Positions 53,898-64,000 of a DNA stretch of 64,000 nucleotides are shown here, piece by piece. Each line of letters starts with the position of its first letter. Within the stretch, counting starts at the first letter, position 1. The notes beneath the pieces are model-generated. The model was given only the letters and a program-made list of their open reading frames with translations, did no database searches and was not told the DNA's origin. This stretch comes from Balanoglossus misakiensis (Eukaryota; Animalia; Hemichordata). The stretch covers positions 4,665,097-4,729,096 of the forward strand of contig CM082598.2 of the NCBI GenBank assembly GCA_040954595.2, read 5' to 3'. A program made the translations under genes and the position numbers.

Positions 53898-55423
53898 GAC
53901 ACACACACAAATACAATAACCAGCTGGAGTGTATAATTGGCTTATATTTGTTTTCAGACTAAATAGCAAAGCCAGAAAACTATGGTACATTAGAAAACTA
54001 AATGCTCAAGAAAGCTGTTTTGACGAAACAATGAAAGAAACTCACTTCCAACAGAAAGCCAGGGTAAATATTTCCATGTGTTTGGTGGAGGGAGTTTCAC
54101 ACCTCCCTGCATGGTCTGCAGTACGCAGAAACAAAACGCCACAGACATCAACTCTGAAAACAGCACCAGTCTGGCCACGTCGATACTCCTGCCGATTTTG
54201 CGCACAAACAGGAACGACAGAGACGTCAGCAAGGCGGCGACAAGCGCCAGGGCGTAATAGACGCTCGTGCCGTCGTCGGTCGATGCGGCGCCCTCGGTGG
54301 CGGCAAAGAGCGATGCGGGCCGGGAGACGAGGAGCACTCCCGCCCAGCAGAGGAGACTGATCAGCATTTCCGGAAGGTGCCATTTCTCGTTGAGGAGGAA
54401 GATTCCCAGGAACCCCGTCATGACAGTGGAAGTGCCCATCAATGCGGACGCATCACCTGACAATGCAAATGAGATCATTTGAATATTTAATTTCCAAAAC
54501 AAAAAATTGCATCATTTCAGTCCCTCTGCCCTGAAGTTGACTTACAGGAATACGGTCACCTCTAATTTACATATGCCCATATATGGTCAAAAGGGTGTGT
54601 TAGTCTTTAAAACATGGTGGCATACTTTTTCACATGGCCATCCAAGAGAAAATCTGGTATTGGATTGATGTCAACTTTTCATGGTAACTGTGGCTAAATT
54701 TGCATAGGTGAATGTATATCTTTAATGGAACGAAGAAGTAACATTTTGAGAGATATCAATCTGTCAGCAAAGAATTCTGCTTCTTACTGCAAATTATTCC
54801 ATATAGAAATAATTCAGAAATTTCCCAAATTGGTGTTTCAAGATCTTAATCCAACCACAGATACAACAGGCAATTCATTAGGCAATCCTTGGCCTACAAA
54901 AAACACTTCATATGAGCAGACTACATGTCCAACTTACCCTACCGAGGATTGAGAGTGTCAAAAAATTTGGCTATGTGTGAAAAAAAATTATCTGTCTTTT
55001 CAACCATGCACCAATCCATGGGTATTGCATGTACATACCAAGAGGGATATGCTGATTCACAGCAAAGCTGACCACAACACCACCAATGAACATCCAACCC
55101 CTCAAGAAGACCGTAGCGAGGGTGCCTCCCTCGACCCCTTTTAGCAAATTCCCTCGGCCCGACACGACGAGGTAGCTGTAGACAAGCACACTGTTCATTA
55201 CACCACGGTAGAAGACCACCTCCCAGAACGTCAGGTCGTTTTTTACGAGTTTGGTGATCGTCGAAACGCAGGCTGTGGACATCCCAGCCCCGACAGCGAG
55301 GAGGAGACCAGCAGCGCTTTGAAATAACGTCTTCGTCGTTGTCATGGTAGCAGACGACTCGTTATCACTGACTTCCTTGAGATTGTTGATCCCTCTTGAT
55401 TTCACTTCTCTTTTTGTTGCCAT
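53570..55423 (-). CDS. SLC35G1: SLC35G1-like EamA/DMT family membrane transporter, 3 coding exons
   Basis: Exons 55039-55423, 54046-54456 and 53570-53796 (~340 aa); many TM helices; DMT motifs [39 protein letters not shown] and GAGLI. Confidence 0.82.
53840..53893. repeat. (CATA)n microsatellite
   Basis: Seen directly. Confidence 0.95.
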
Positions 55424-58186
55424 GGCACCAGAAAAGCCCGGCGACAGAACTGCAAAGAAAACAAAAATTTTGTCAACATCAGCAGATATAGAAATGAACA
55501 GAACAGCACTACCAGGCTTTTTTGTGATGGCCTCCCTAAGCCAGTGAGTATTAACCGCACTACCAGTTTCTTATGAAGGCCTCCCTAAGCCAGTGAGTAT
55601 TCATCATGTCGCCCCAAACATTTTTATTTACAAGCCCAACCACAAAAAATTCTTGAGTGTGTTTGCTAAAAATTCAAAATCTTGCACCATTTTTGCGAGT
55701 CTGAATTACAGTAAGTGAAAGAAAAATATCATCAGCTGTAGTAATAGATTTTCTTTCCAAAATAATCATTCTAATTTTAAGCATTTGTAATTTGAATTCC
55801 TATTAATATGTATGGAAATGTGTTCCATTGAAAATGCACGTTTTTTTTTTTTTTTACTGAAATTGACAAAACTACATAGTGGTGTAGGTTTGTGGGTGAC
55901 ATAACAAGAGTAGCCACGGTGCGGCCGCCACCAGGCTAGTGCCGTGTAGTGTACATATGTCCAGAACAATACAGTCCAACCTGTATGTAAATTTCACAGG
56001 GACTGTAACAAAGTAACCACTGTACACAGGTGGCCACTATTAACACAGGTGTTGACTATATATATAACACAAAGTGGACATATGCATAACTATTATCCGA
56101 TCTCAATCTAACATACCTGTTGAAACCAAATTGTCACAGACACGTCCCCAGGGTCAGTCCAGCGCGAGACGTGTTTTGTCGGTGCACGGTGGTCAGTTCG
56201 GCCACTATTGCATGATGTAAGACCATGAACTTTGACACGGAGTAAAAGTGACCGGTTTATACATAATTAATCCAGACATCTCTCTCTGTCTCTCCGCATA
56301 TGAAATCAGCCCATCAGATCCTAGAAATGTTTTATTTGTAAGAAACACTCGTACATGTATTAGAAACCCCTTTATCGAAAGTCGGAAACAATTAAGGCGT
56401 ACACCCGGAAATGAAATTTAAGGCACCCACTGACCCAGGTGTCAAGATTGCAAGACTTGTCCCAGGCCTAGCTGGGCACAATTCATTTATGAAATTTCGC
56501 AAGCCAAGGCTTTATTTTCGCTACACGAACCAACGCAAAAATCAAGCGTTATAGTACAATGTACTATAATGTTCAAAGCGCTTGATTTTTGAAGTAGTAT
56601 CTGTCTGCGTGTATTTCTCCCCCATGAAAATCAAGGGGCCTCGAGTGTGATAAAAACAAAAGAATCAATCATTGATTTTTCTGGAGGCGCTTGGGTCAGA
56701 GGTCAGCAGCTGATCGTATATCGAATATAAGGTCACTAGCACTCGAGCACCGAGTACTTAAAACGCGGCTGTGGTATGCGTGTATTAAATATCTTCTAGC
56801 CCGCCCATCTGTGAATGTATGAGAAACTCACTTTTGTTACAGTGATGGGGAACTTTGTGTGAATGCATTAGGTGGGTAAAACAGTTTATAGCACCGTTGT
56901 TATTTGCGTTTTATTGAATCGAACTTCCATCGTAGTCGAGTTGGAAAGTGAAAGCCAAGCTTTGCTTTTTGCATTGTTGTGATGCCTGGCATGTGGGGGA
57001 CGTCATGAGTCGAGCTATATATGGCGATCGGGATGAATTTGGCCCCAGCCAGTCAAACTCAGAGCAATGACCGTGATTCGAGTTGAATGTCCTTTTCGTC
57101 ACCAAAGATGTTCAGATCCGGGGGCCAGATTTGTGTCAATTTCATAGATTGTAAAATCTGTTTGTTTTTAAGTCAATGGTCAATGCTGCTACACGCACGT
57201 CCGCAAATGCAGCAAATTGAATTTTCTCTCGCATTCAGGGCACAGAAAAATGTTAAGCTGACGATTATGCCAGCTGAAAAGCAGACGAATTCTTACATGC
57301 AACTGGCCCGTTGTATAGTTACCAGATCTATACCCCCTAGCCCTAGGCGCCTGCCACATTTCTGGGATGCTATAAATTGGTCGTGAACTAGTTAAAATCT
57401 CAGAATGAAACACGCCCATTGTTTTTTTTCTCTCATCAGCCTTTCTATTCTTTGTTGAATGTTCCAGTATCAATTTGAACGAAGAAATAAGGGAATCCAC
57501 AATCTTTTCCACACAAAAATCTTTGTAAAATTAGCTTTTTTTTTTCCCTTTGAGTTTTCACCTCTTGGCTACCATAGAAAATATCAGATAATCATTTGGG
57601 CTAATTTTATTGCCTTTAAAAACACGTGAAGGATAATATGGATGGATGTGTGACAGATAAAAAAAATTAAGTAGAAAAAAAACATTTTTTCGTTGGTATA
57701 TTTACAGTGACCAGCAGTTCTGTGTCACTGACCCTCTTAAGCTTGTTTTAAAAATATGACAAATATTCGAAGCGAAAGTGATATCGAATTGCGCATTGTA
57801 TACCAGTGGCATTTCAAGTATCTGAGAAAGCAGACTTCTTTGAGAGAAACTCAGTGAAAGACAAGTCTTGCTATGTTTTTGTACAATCTAGATACTTATG
57901 AAATATTAAGAATTTTAAAAAAGGTATTATGAGTCTATTGGCAAAAAAATGGTTAATTAAGGGCCCATACACATACAACCACATGTTAAAGACCTATACA
58001 AACTAGACACCTCTGCAAACCAATCTTCTTCTCAGGCCCTTTGGTGTTTGGTTTAGATTAATTATGCAAAATAGTCTTAGTTTTTTTTATTTATTTTTTC
58101 TTGTAGGGTGGCTTGGATCTTCGTGATCATACTTCTGAGACGTACATGAGTGAAGCTGCTGAGAAAATTTCCTGCACACTGTTGCC

Positions 58187-60208
58187 ATGGAGAATGGAAA
58201 CAAGGACAACTCAAGTGATGAGTTCAACGAAATCTTCAAGAAAGTCTCTGACAAGTTGAAGACATCCGACGATGTGCGGGCCCTGTCGCGCGAGTTTGGG
58301 AGGTTGACGTCGGACGAGGAGCGCGTCCAGTTTGTCTTGAAACTGGACTGCATCAAGGAACTGACAGAGGTGGTGCCGAAATTCCGGCGGAAGTCGGCGG
58401 AGAAGTCGGCCGAGTTGCGAGGAAAAGGAAACGCGGCGTTCCAGAAGCAGGATAACGAGAAAGCGCTCGACTTCTACACCGAAAGCGTTCTGTGCGCGCC
58501 GATTCCTCGCGACGCGGACTCGGAAGCCCGCGAGCTGACCCTGGCTTTCGCGAACAGATCCGCGGTCTTGTATCAGATGAAGGAGTACGAGTTATCCCTG
58601 GAAGACATCAAGCGATCTTTCCAGTACGGCTACCCGGGAGATCTGCAGTATAAGCTGTACTACCGTCGGGGTGGGTGTCTGCGAAACCTGGGCGAGCGTG
58701 CTGCCGCGACGGAGAGTTTCGAACGGGCGAAAAAGTCGGTGGACGGCAGCAAGCTCGACAAGAAGAAAGCAGCGGGGTTCAAGGTCGATGTTGAGGCGCA
58801 GTTGAAACTTTGCAAAAAGGGCAAGGTTGATGCTCCCGGGAAGAAAATGAAAGCTGAGGTCAAAACGCCACCAGGTCTGAGCTACGGTCGGAATAGCGAG
58901 ATTCCGTGCGCTTCCTCGGCTGTGGGAATCCACCAGAGTCCACACAGAGGGCGGTATGCAGTTGCGACCCGCGATATCAAAGTCGGTGATGTCCTGCTCA
59001 TCGAGAGGCCGTTCGCAGCTGTGGTGCTGAGGGCCTGCAACACGAGCCACTGCCAGCATTGCTACGCGAGCGTGCAGGCGCCCATTCCCTGCTTCCAGTG
59101 CGCGGGAGTCGCCTACTGCAGCGCTGAGTGCCGGGAGGAGTCCTGGAACCGGTACCACCGCCTGGAATGCCGGCACCTGGACGTGATCCAGAACATCGGG
59201 CTGGGAATGGGACACCTGGCGCTGCGGATCACCATCCGGGCCGGTGTGGCGTTCCTGCTGAAATTCCGGGATCGGCTGCTGTCCGGAGTGAGAATGTCCG
59301 AGGACGGATTGCTCGCCTGCGATGATGATGGTCGATACACAGCTGACTATGGTTCGATCTATCAGCTGGTGACTCATTCGACGGACAGAACCGTCGGCGA
59401 CCTCTTCAAGCGAGCAGTGAAGTCGATCTACCTACTGAAATGCTTGGATCAAGCTGGCTTTTTCGAAGGGGTCAACACGTCAGAGCTTGACTTTGATGTG
59501 AAAACGTACATCGGCGGTCTGATCCTCACGCATTCTCAGAGTATTCCGTGCAACGCGCACGAGATATCGGAATACGAGCTGTACCGCTCCGCCATCGAGA
59601 AGTGCCAGTTCCTCGAAATAGGGTCGGGGCTGTACGCCACCATGAGTTTGCTGAACCACTCCTGCGACCCGGCCGTCACCCGGAATTGCTACGGCGACAC
59701 CTGCGTCGTCCGGGCGACCAGGAACATCTACGAGGGCGAGGAGATCGTGGACAACTACGGTTACCTGTACCCCGTGCACGAGAAGGCCGAGAGGCAGAGG
59801 CAGCTGAGGGAGCAGTACTACTTCGAGTGCAAGTGCCAGGCCTGCGTTCGCGACTGGCCACTCTACACGCAGATCGAGGAGCACTACCCCAAGTACAGAT
59901 GCGTGGAATGCCACGCCCCGCTGAAGTTACCCCCGATCCCGAACATGAAGGCGGTCAGATGCGGCGATTGTCGGAACGATCAGAACGTGGTAAAGAGTCT
60001 TGCGATGCTGAAGACGTCGGAAGTCCTGTACAAGTCCGCCCTGGACAAGGTGCTGCACGGAGAGACGAAGGGCATGACACCGCCACTGAGAAACCACCTC
60101 ATCCTGATGGACGAGCTGATCTGTCGACCGTGGAAGGACATCAACAATTGCCAGGAGGCGTTGAAGCAGTGTTACAACGTGGATGCAAACTGCATCGTCT
60201 TCGACTGA
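58187..60208 (+). CDS. SMYD4: SET and MYND domain-containing protein 4-like lysine methyltransferase, single coding exon
   Basis: 673-aa ORF with N-terminal TPRs (RGKGNAAF, LAFANRSAVL), S-sequence GRYAVATRDIKVGDVLLIERP, MYND finger (CQHC..PCFQC..YCSAEC..HRLEC), SET motifs NHSCDP and GEEIVDNYG, post-SET FECKCQAC; acceptor at ~58107 in the 5' UTR. Confidence 0.93.
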   Translation: MENGNKDNSSDEFNEIFKKVSDKLKTSDDVRALSREFGRLTSDEERVQFVLKLDCIKELTEVVPKFRRKSAEKSAELRGKGNAAFQKQDNEKALDFYTESVLCAPIPRDADSEARELTLAFANRSAVLYQMKEYELSLEDIKRSFQYGYPGDLQYKLYYRRGGCLRNLGERAAATESFERAKKSVDGSKLDKKKAAGFKVDVEAQLKLCKKGKVDAPGKKMKAEVKTPPGLSYGRNSEIPCASSAVGIHQSPHRGRYAVATRDIKVGDVLLIERPFAAVVLRACNTSHCQHCYASVQAPIPCFQCAGVAYCSAECREESWNRYHRLECRHLDVIQNIGLGMGHLALRITIRAGVAFLLKFRDRLLSGVRMSEDGLLACDDDGRYTADYGSIYQLVTHSTDRTVGDLFKRAVKSIYLLKCLDQAGFFEGVNTSELDFDVKTYIGGLILTHSQSIPCNAHEISEYELYRSAIEKCQFLEIGSGLYATMSLLNHSCDPAVTRNCYGDTCVVRATRNIYEGEEIVDNYGYLYPVHEKAERQRQLREQYYFECKCQACVRDWPLYTQIEEHYPKYRCVECHAPLKLPPIPNMKAVRCGDCRNDQNVVKSLAMLKTSEVLYKSALDKVLHGETKGMTPPLRNHLILMDELICRPWKDINNCQEALKQCYNVDANCIVFD

Positions 60209-61797
60209 AAACTCGAAACACCTGTGTCGCCATTTTACCCGCAATGTTCGATGGAATCAGCATTTTTTTTTAAAGTTTTAACTAAACCGATCCTGCATGT
60301 GAGAAAATAAGTTAACAGTTTATTTTTATATGCTCATCAGTTGCCACGGTTGCAAGCCGTCCCATGTACATGTAAACTTTTCAATTTAGTTACCACTTGA
60401 AAATTGATTGTAGTGCAAGGATTGTTAGAACTTTGAACATTTTAAAAAAATGTCAAGTTGGATAATGAACCAACATGACCTTTAGTCTTGTGGTGTTTTA
60501 CTTTATGTGTTTTTGTCAGTAGTAATTTTAAAATGTGTAGAAAGTTTTTAAATTCTTTACAAATTAACCTATATTTCTTCAAAAAACAAAATGGCTAACA
60601 TTCAGCCATATTGGATTATGTTATGAGTCTTGTTAAAGTGCATATGTAAGACATAGTGTGCTATACCTGAACCACTCCCGAGTTGAACATCTCGTTAAAA
60701 TAGTTGAAGACATGAAATATAAGCGATGAAAGTTGCTGCTGGACACTTTTTGTCAAAATATTTTTGATCGCTCAAACATGCCAACTTTACTGGATCCAAC
60801 GGCCATATTTCCAAGATGGCGCTGACTGTGCTTGGAAACAAATTATATTGCCCAAACAATTACAAACTGCCTACAGTTATTTCTATGAATAATAACAGTT
60901 CAATATCTTTTTAGTTTACAATAGTTGTAGAAAGACATAACATAAGCATGAGGACTGGAGATTTGTGTTGATATATATGACGTCCAAATCTTGCCATTCA
61001 GAATGTCAAACACAAAATGCAATGAGAAATTCCTTCAAATGGAATGTTACAAGGTATTTTAACAATTAAAAACACTTATTCACTGTTGTGTAAGTAAGTT
61101 ATGATGATTAGGTAATTGTAGATGTGTTTTCTGACTTCTTACGAGTGCATATGTTGAATGGAGACTAGAACAATTAGATAAATTAAAACTGCCATGCATT
61201 TTAACTGATGATGTGTCTGTTTTTTGTCTGTTGGTGTGTCTAGTAATAAAAACTTGCATGAATAAACAAAATTTCTTTAATTATCAATCATGTGCACATT
61301 CACACTAAGTCAAGAACCCAGTAGTGGATACTATAATTGACTCCCTCCTACCGCTTGGATTTTACACAGAAATGACAAAAGTTAATATTCTTGATGCATT
61401 TTATAACTTGTTTTATAAGCAACAAAAACAGCCAGACTTATGGCCTTTTCTTCCTACCAACTTTTTTGCCAAAAGGAGGATGTTACCTCTTGCCCCTTCC
61501 CTACTTATTTGCCTTTTTCTCCAATCAATTTTGGCACCTTTTTCTGATATTTGTCATCTACCCTTAGCTGTGCACTCTTGAATACAGTTATGGTACAAGA
61601 CTAATATGAAAGGTGAGCTAAACAGGTCAATTCTAAGACTTTTTTGACATCTATTTGTACAATAAATAAATTATACCAAAATCAAATTGAACACACTGGC
61701 TAAAACGTAAAGGTCATCAACCTGGAGCTGAAAACAACAGTTTTATGATGCTCGGCTGTGGTGGCGCACCACATATCCCGTGGAGCAATAGTTCAAA

Positions 61798-63647
61798 ATG
61801 GCGGATGTTGGGGAGAGTGAAGATGTTATCGAAGGAAGTGTACCGGGGGCCAGGTATGTAGGTTGTACATGTACTCTATCCGTTGGGCGTACTTCCACAT
61901 TTGGTTGGTGTCGCCTCGTCTCACAACACGACAAGGTTGTTGTGAACATGCATAGTCATGGCGTATACACAGACAGTTGTCTGCTGGTGTGTTGCTGCAG
62001 ACAGATAGAGGAAAATATCGAATTGATGTACTCATCCGATTTGGAAGCGAAACCTCCCCCAAATTTGTGAAACATTTGATTCCTTATAAGCCAATTTTGG
62101 GGCATGATCGGTTTCCTTCTGTAGTGCTACCAATACAATGTATATTGTATCCGGGGCGAGTTACACGTTTCGTATTCGCATATAGATCGAACTAGCCTTG
62201 CACTTAGCTACACATACATGTACTGTATTAGAATTGAATGTTGGTTTGTTATTGGCCATTAGTAACGCCCATTGGCGAGCTAACTATACAGTAAAACAGA
62301 TGTGTCTCGCTCGCTGCTCATTGACTCGCCATTCTGCCAGTGTCTGGCGTTATATATTTGAATGGACTCATTCGAGAGAGCCGTACAAATAATTTGCTGT
62401 CAAACAATTTTCACCTCAGTCACCTTTGTGATGAAGCAATGCTGAAGAGGTCTGTACATGTATGTAGACACCAAATGGTGTAATTGTGTGCACAAGCTAT
62501 GTGCAGTGTTTCATTTGGGGGCGGGGCATGTTGGTATCCCCTAGCAACTTGTCAACAGGTGACCACCGCCCCTGAAAGTTCATTCACCCATTAGAGATAT
62601 CACACCCCCCCCCCCTTGCCATAGTGTAGTTGAATTCCTCCCCTCCCACCCATACTCAGTTCCCCCCTTGTTGATGCCATCATGGCAGTGTTTCATTCAG
62701 AATGGTATCAGCAGGGGGGATATGCCCCCTTTGCCAGAATATTTGAGGGGAGATTCCACTCTGGCAAAGGGGGGGGGGGACTGTAATATTGCCAACATGT
62801 GAATGACATCATTTTAATTAAGGGGCACTGATCCCCCCTTGACAAACTGCTAGGGGGTGCCATCATGTCAACAGGGGGTGAATCCCCCAAGGCCCTGTCT
62901 AGATGAAACACTGGCCATCCTTGGTGGAACACACACATGTGATAACAATGCAAACAAATGTATGTGGCAATATATGTACATTATATGCCTATAAAGGCCA
63001 GTCAAGGGACTTTCCTAAACTGGCCTTCATAGACAGGTGGTCTTTATAGACAGGTCAATTTATGCACATGTAAATTGTACAGGGACTAACAAAATGGCCA
63101 CTGTGGCTATATAGAGCTGGTCACTATATAGAGGTGGTCACTAACACAGTTTTGACCTTACATATATTGCTATGTTACTGATATTTTCTTTAACAAGTAT
63201 ACATGTTGCACAGGCACCTGGCGACATTTGATTCACTCATATGTTTCTGGCACTGGCAATAAAGTATTACACCAATATTTTATTGCAGCCAAAATCCAGT
63301 GCTTCAGCCTTCCAATTCCTTCGAAGACCTGAATTTTTCCATCGAAGACGAAATCCCTCTCAGCCGGAAGAGACACCCGAGCGGCAGCATCCACGAGATC
63401 GCGGAACACAAACAGGAAGACGAGATCGAAGTCAGCGAAATTCAGAGTAGTCCGATATCGGAAGAGAACGAACTAACGCAACAAAACAATGATTATGCGG
63501 AACGCATCGGGCACATGTCGTTAGAGGAAACGGAAAATGAGGTCTTTATGACGGATTCCGTGAAGGATGACGAGGAGACAACCCGGATACGGTCCGGCAC
63601 GTTGCTGGGAAAAGTCGACAGTGTGGACAGGGAGCAGCTGGATGAAG
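61798..63647 (+). CDS. MON1: First two exons of a gene continuing beyond the window; probable vacuolar fusion protein MON1 N-terminus
   Basis: aaaATGGCG start; exon 61798-61853 joins 63289-63647 in phase 2, giving acidic MADVGESEDVIEGSVPGASQNPVLQPSNSFEDL. This recalls the EPGA...S(Y/F)EDL motif of MON1 N-termini (from memory); the longin domains are not in the window. Confidence 0.5.
62686..62913. mobile_element. hAT-like MITE
   Basis: cagtgtttcatt ... atgaaacactg inverted termini with a G/C-run-rich interior; an extra left terminus at ~62504. Confidence 0.55.
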
Positions 63648-63660
63648 GTACGGAATTTGT

Positions 63661-64000
63661 TCAAGGGACAAAGTCACTCTCTCTCGCTGCCTCTTTTCCA
63701 TTAATTATGTTTGATACAAGACACCGTTTATGTTATTCTACATGTGGATATAGAGTGAATCAACGTTCGACCACACAACTTCCTTCCCAATTGCAGATAC
63801 GGGAGTGAAAAACTGGCCAAAATGAATAATCAGTCTTTACCATTTTGTCGAGATTTTTACTCTCATATCCTACAAACGGGATGAAAGTTGTGTGTGGTCG
63901 AACATTGATTCACTCTATATCCACATGTAGAATAACATAAACGGTGTCTTGTATCAAACATAATCAATGGAAAAAGGGCAGCGAGAGAGAGAAACTTAGT
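63661..64000. mobile_element. Long palindromic MITE, same family as 51783-52136, truncated by the window end
   Basis: aagggacaaag..ctctctcgctgcc..gatacaagacaccgtttatg is mirrored by cataaacggtgtcttgtatc..ggcagcgagagagag. Confidence 0.8.

Overview
This window is eukaryotic (animal) genomic DNA, not prokaryotic: it has GT-AG introns, microsatellites, MITE families and a Pol III tRNA gene. Gene and repeat style suggest a marine invertebrate deuterostome such as an acorn worm (inference). From left to right: two tandem single-exon GT14 core-2/I-branching beta-1,6-GlcNAc transferases sharing a probable gene-conversion tract; tRNA-Gln(CTG); a candidate 3-exon microprotein; an intronless WH1/EVH1 + CRIB-like gene; three paralogous ~16-exon secreted astacin metalloprotease genes; NUDT18; an SLC35G-like transporter; an intronless SMYD4; and the first two exons of a probable MON1. 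The protease cluster is the most notable feature. Each gene encodes signal peptide - C-type lectin - prodomain/basic cleavage site - astacin - TSP1 - WSC-like - TSP1 - C-type lectin. Exon boundaries were read by eye and may be off by a few bases.
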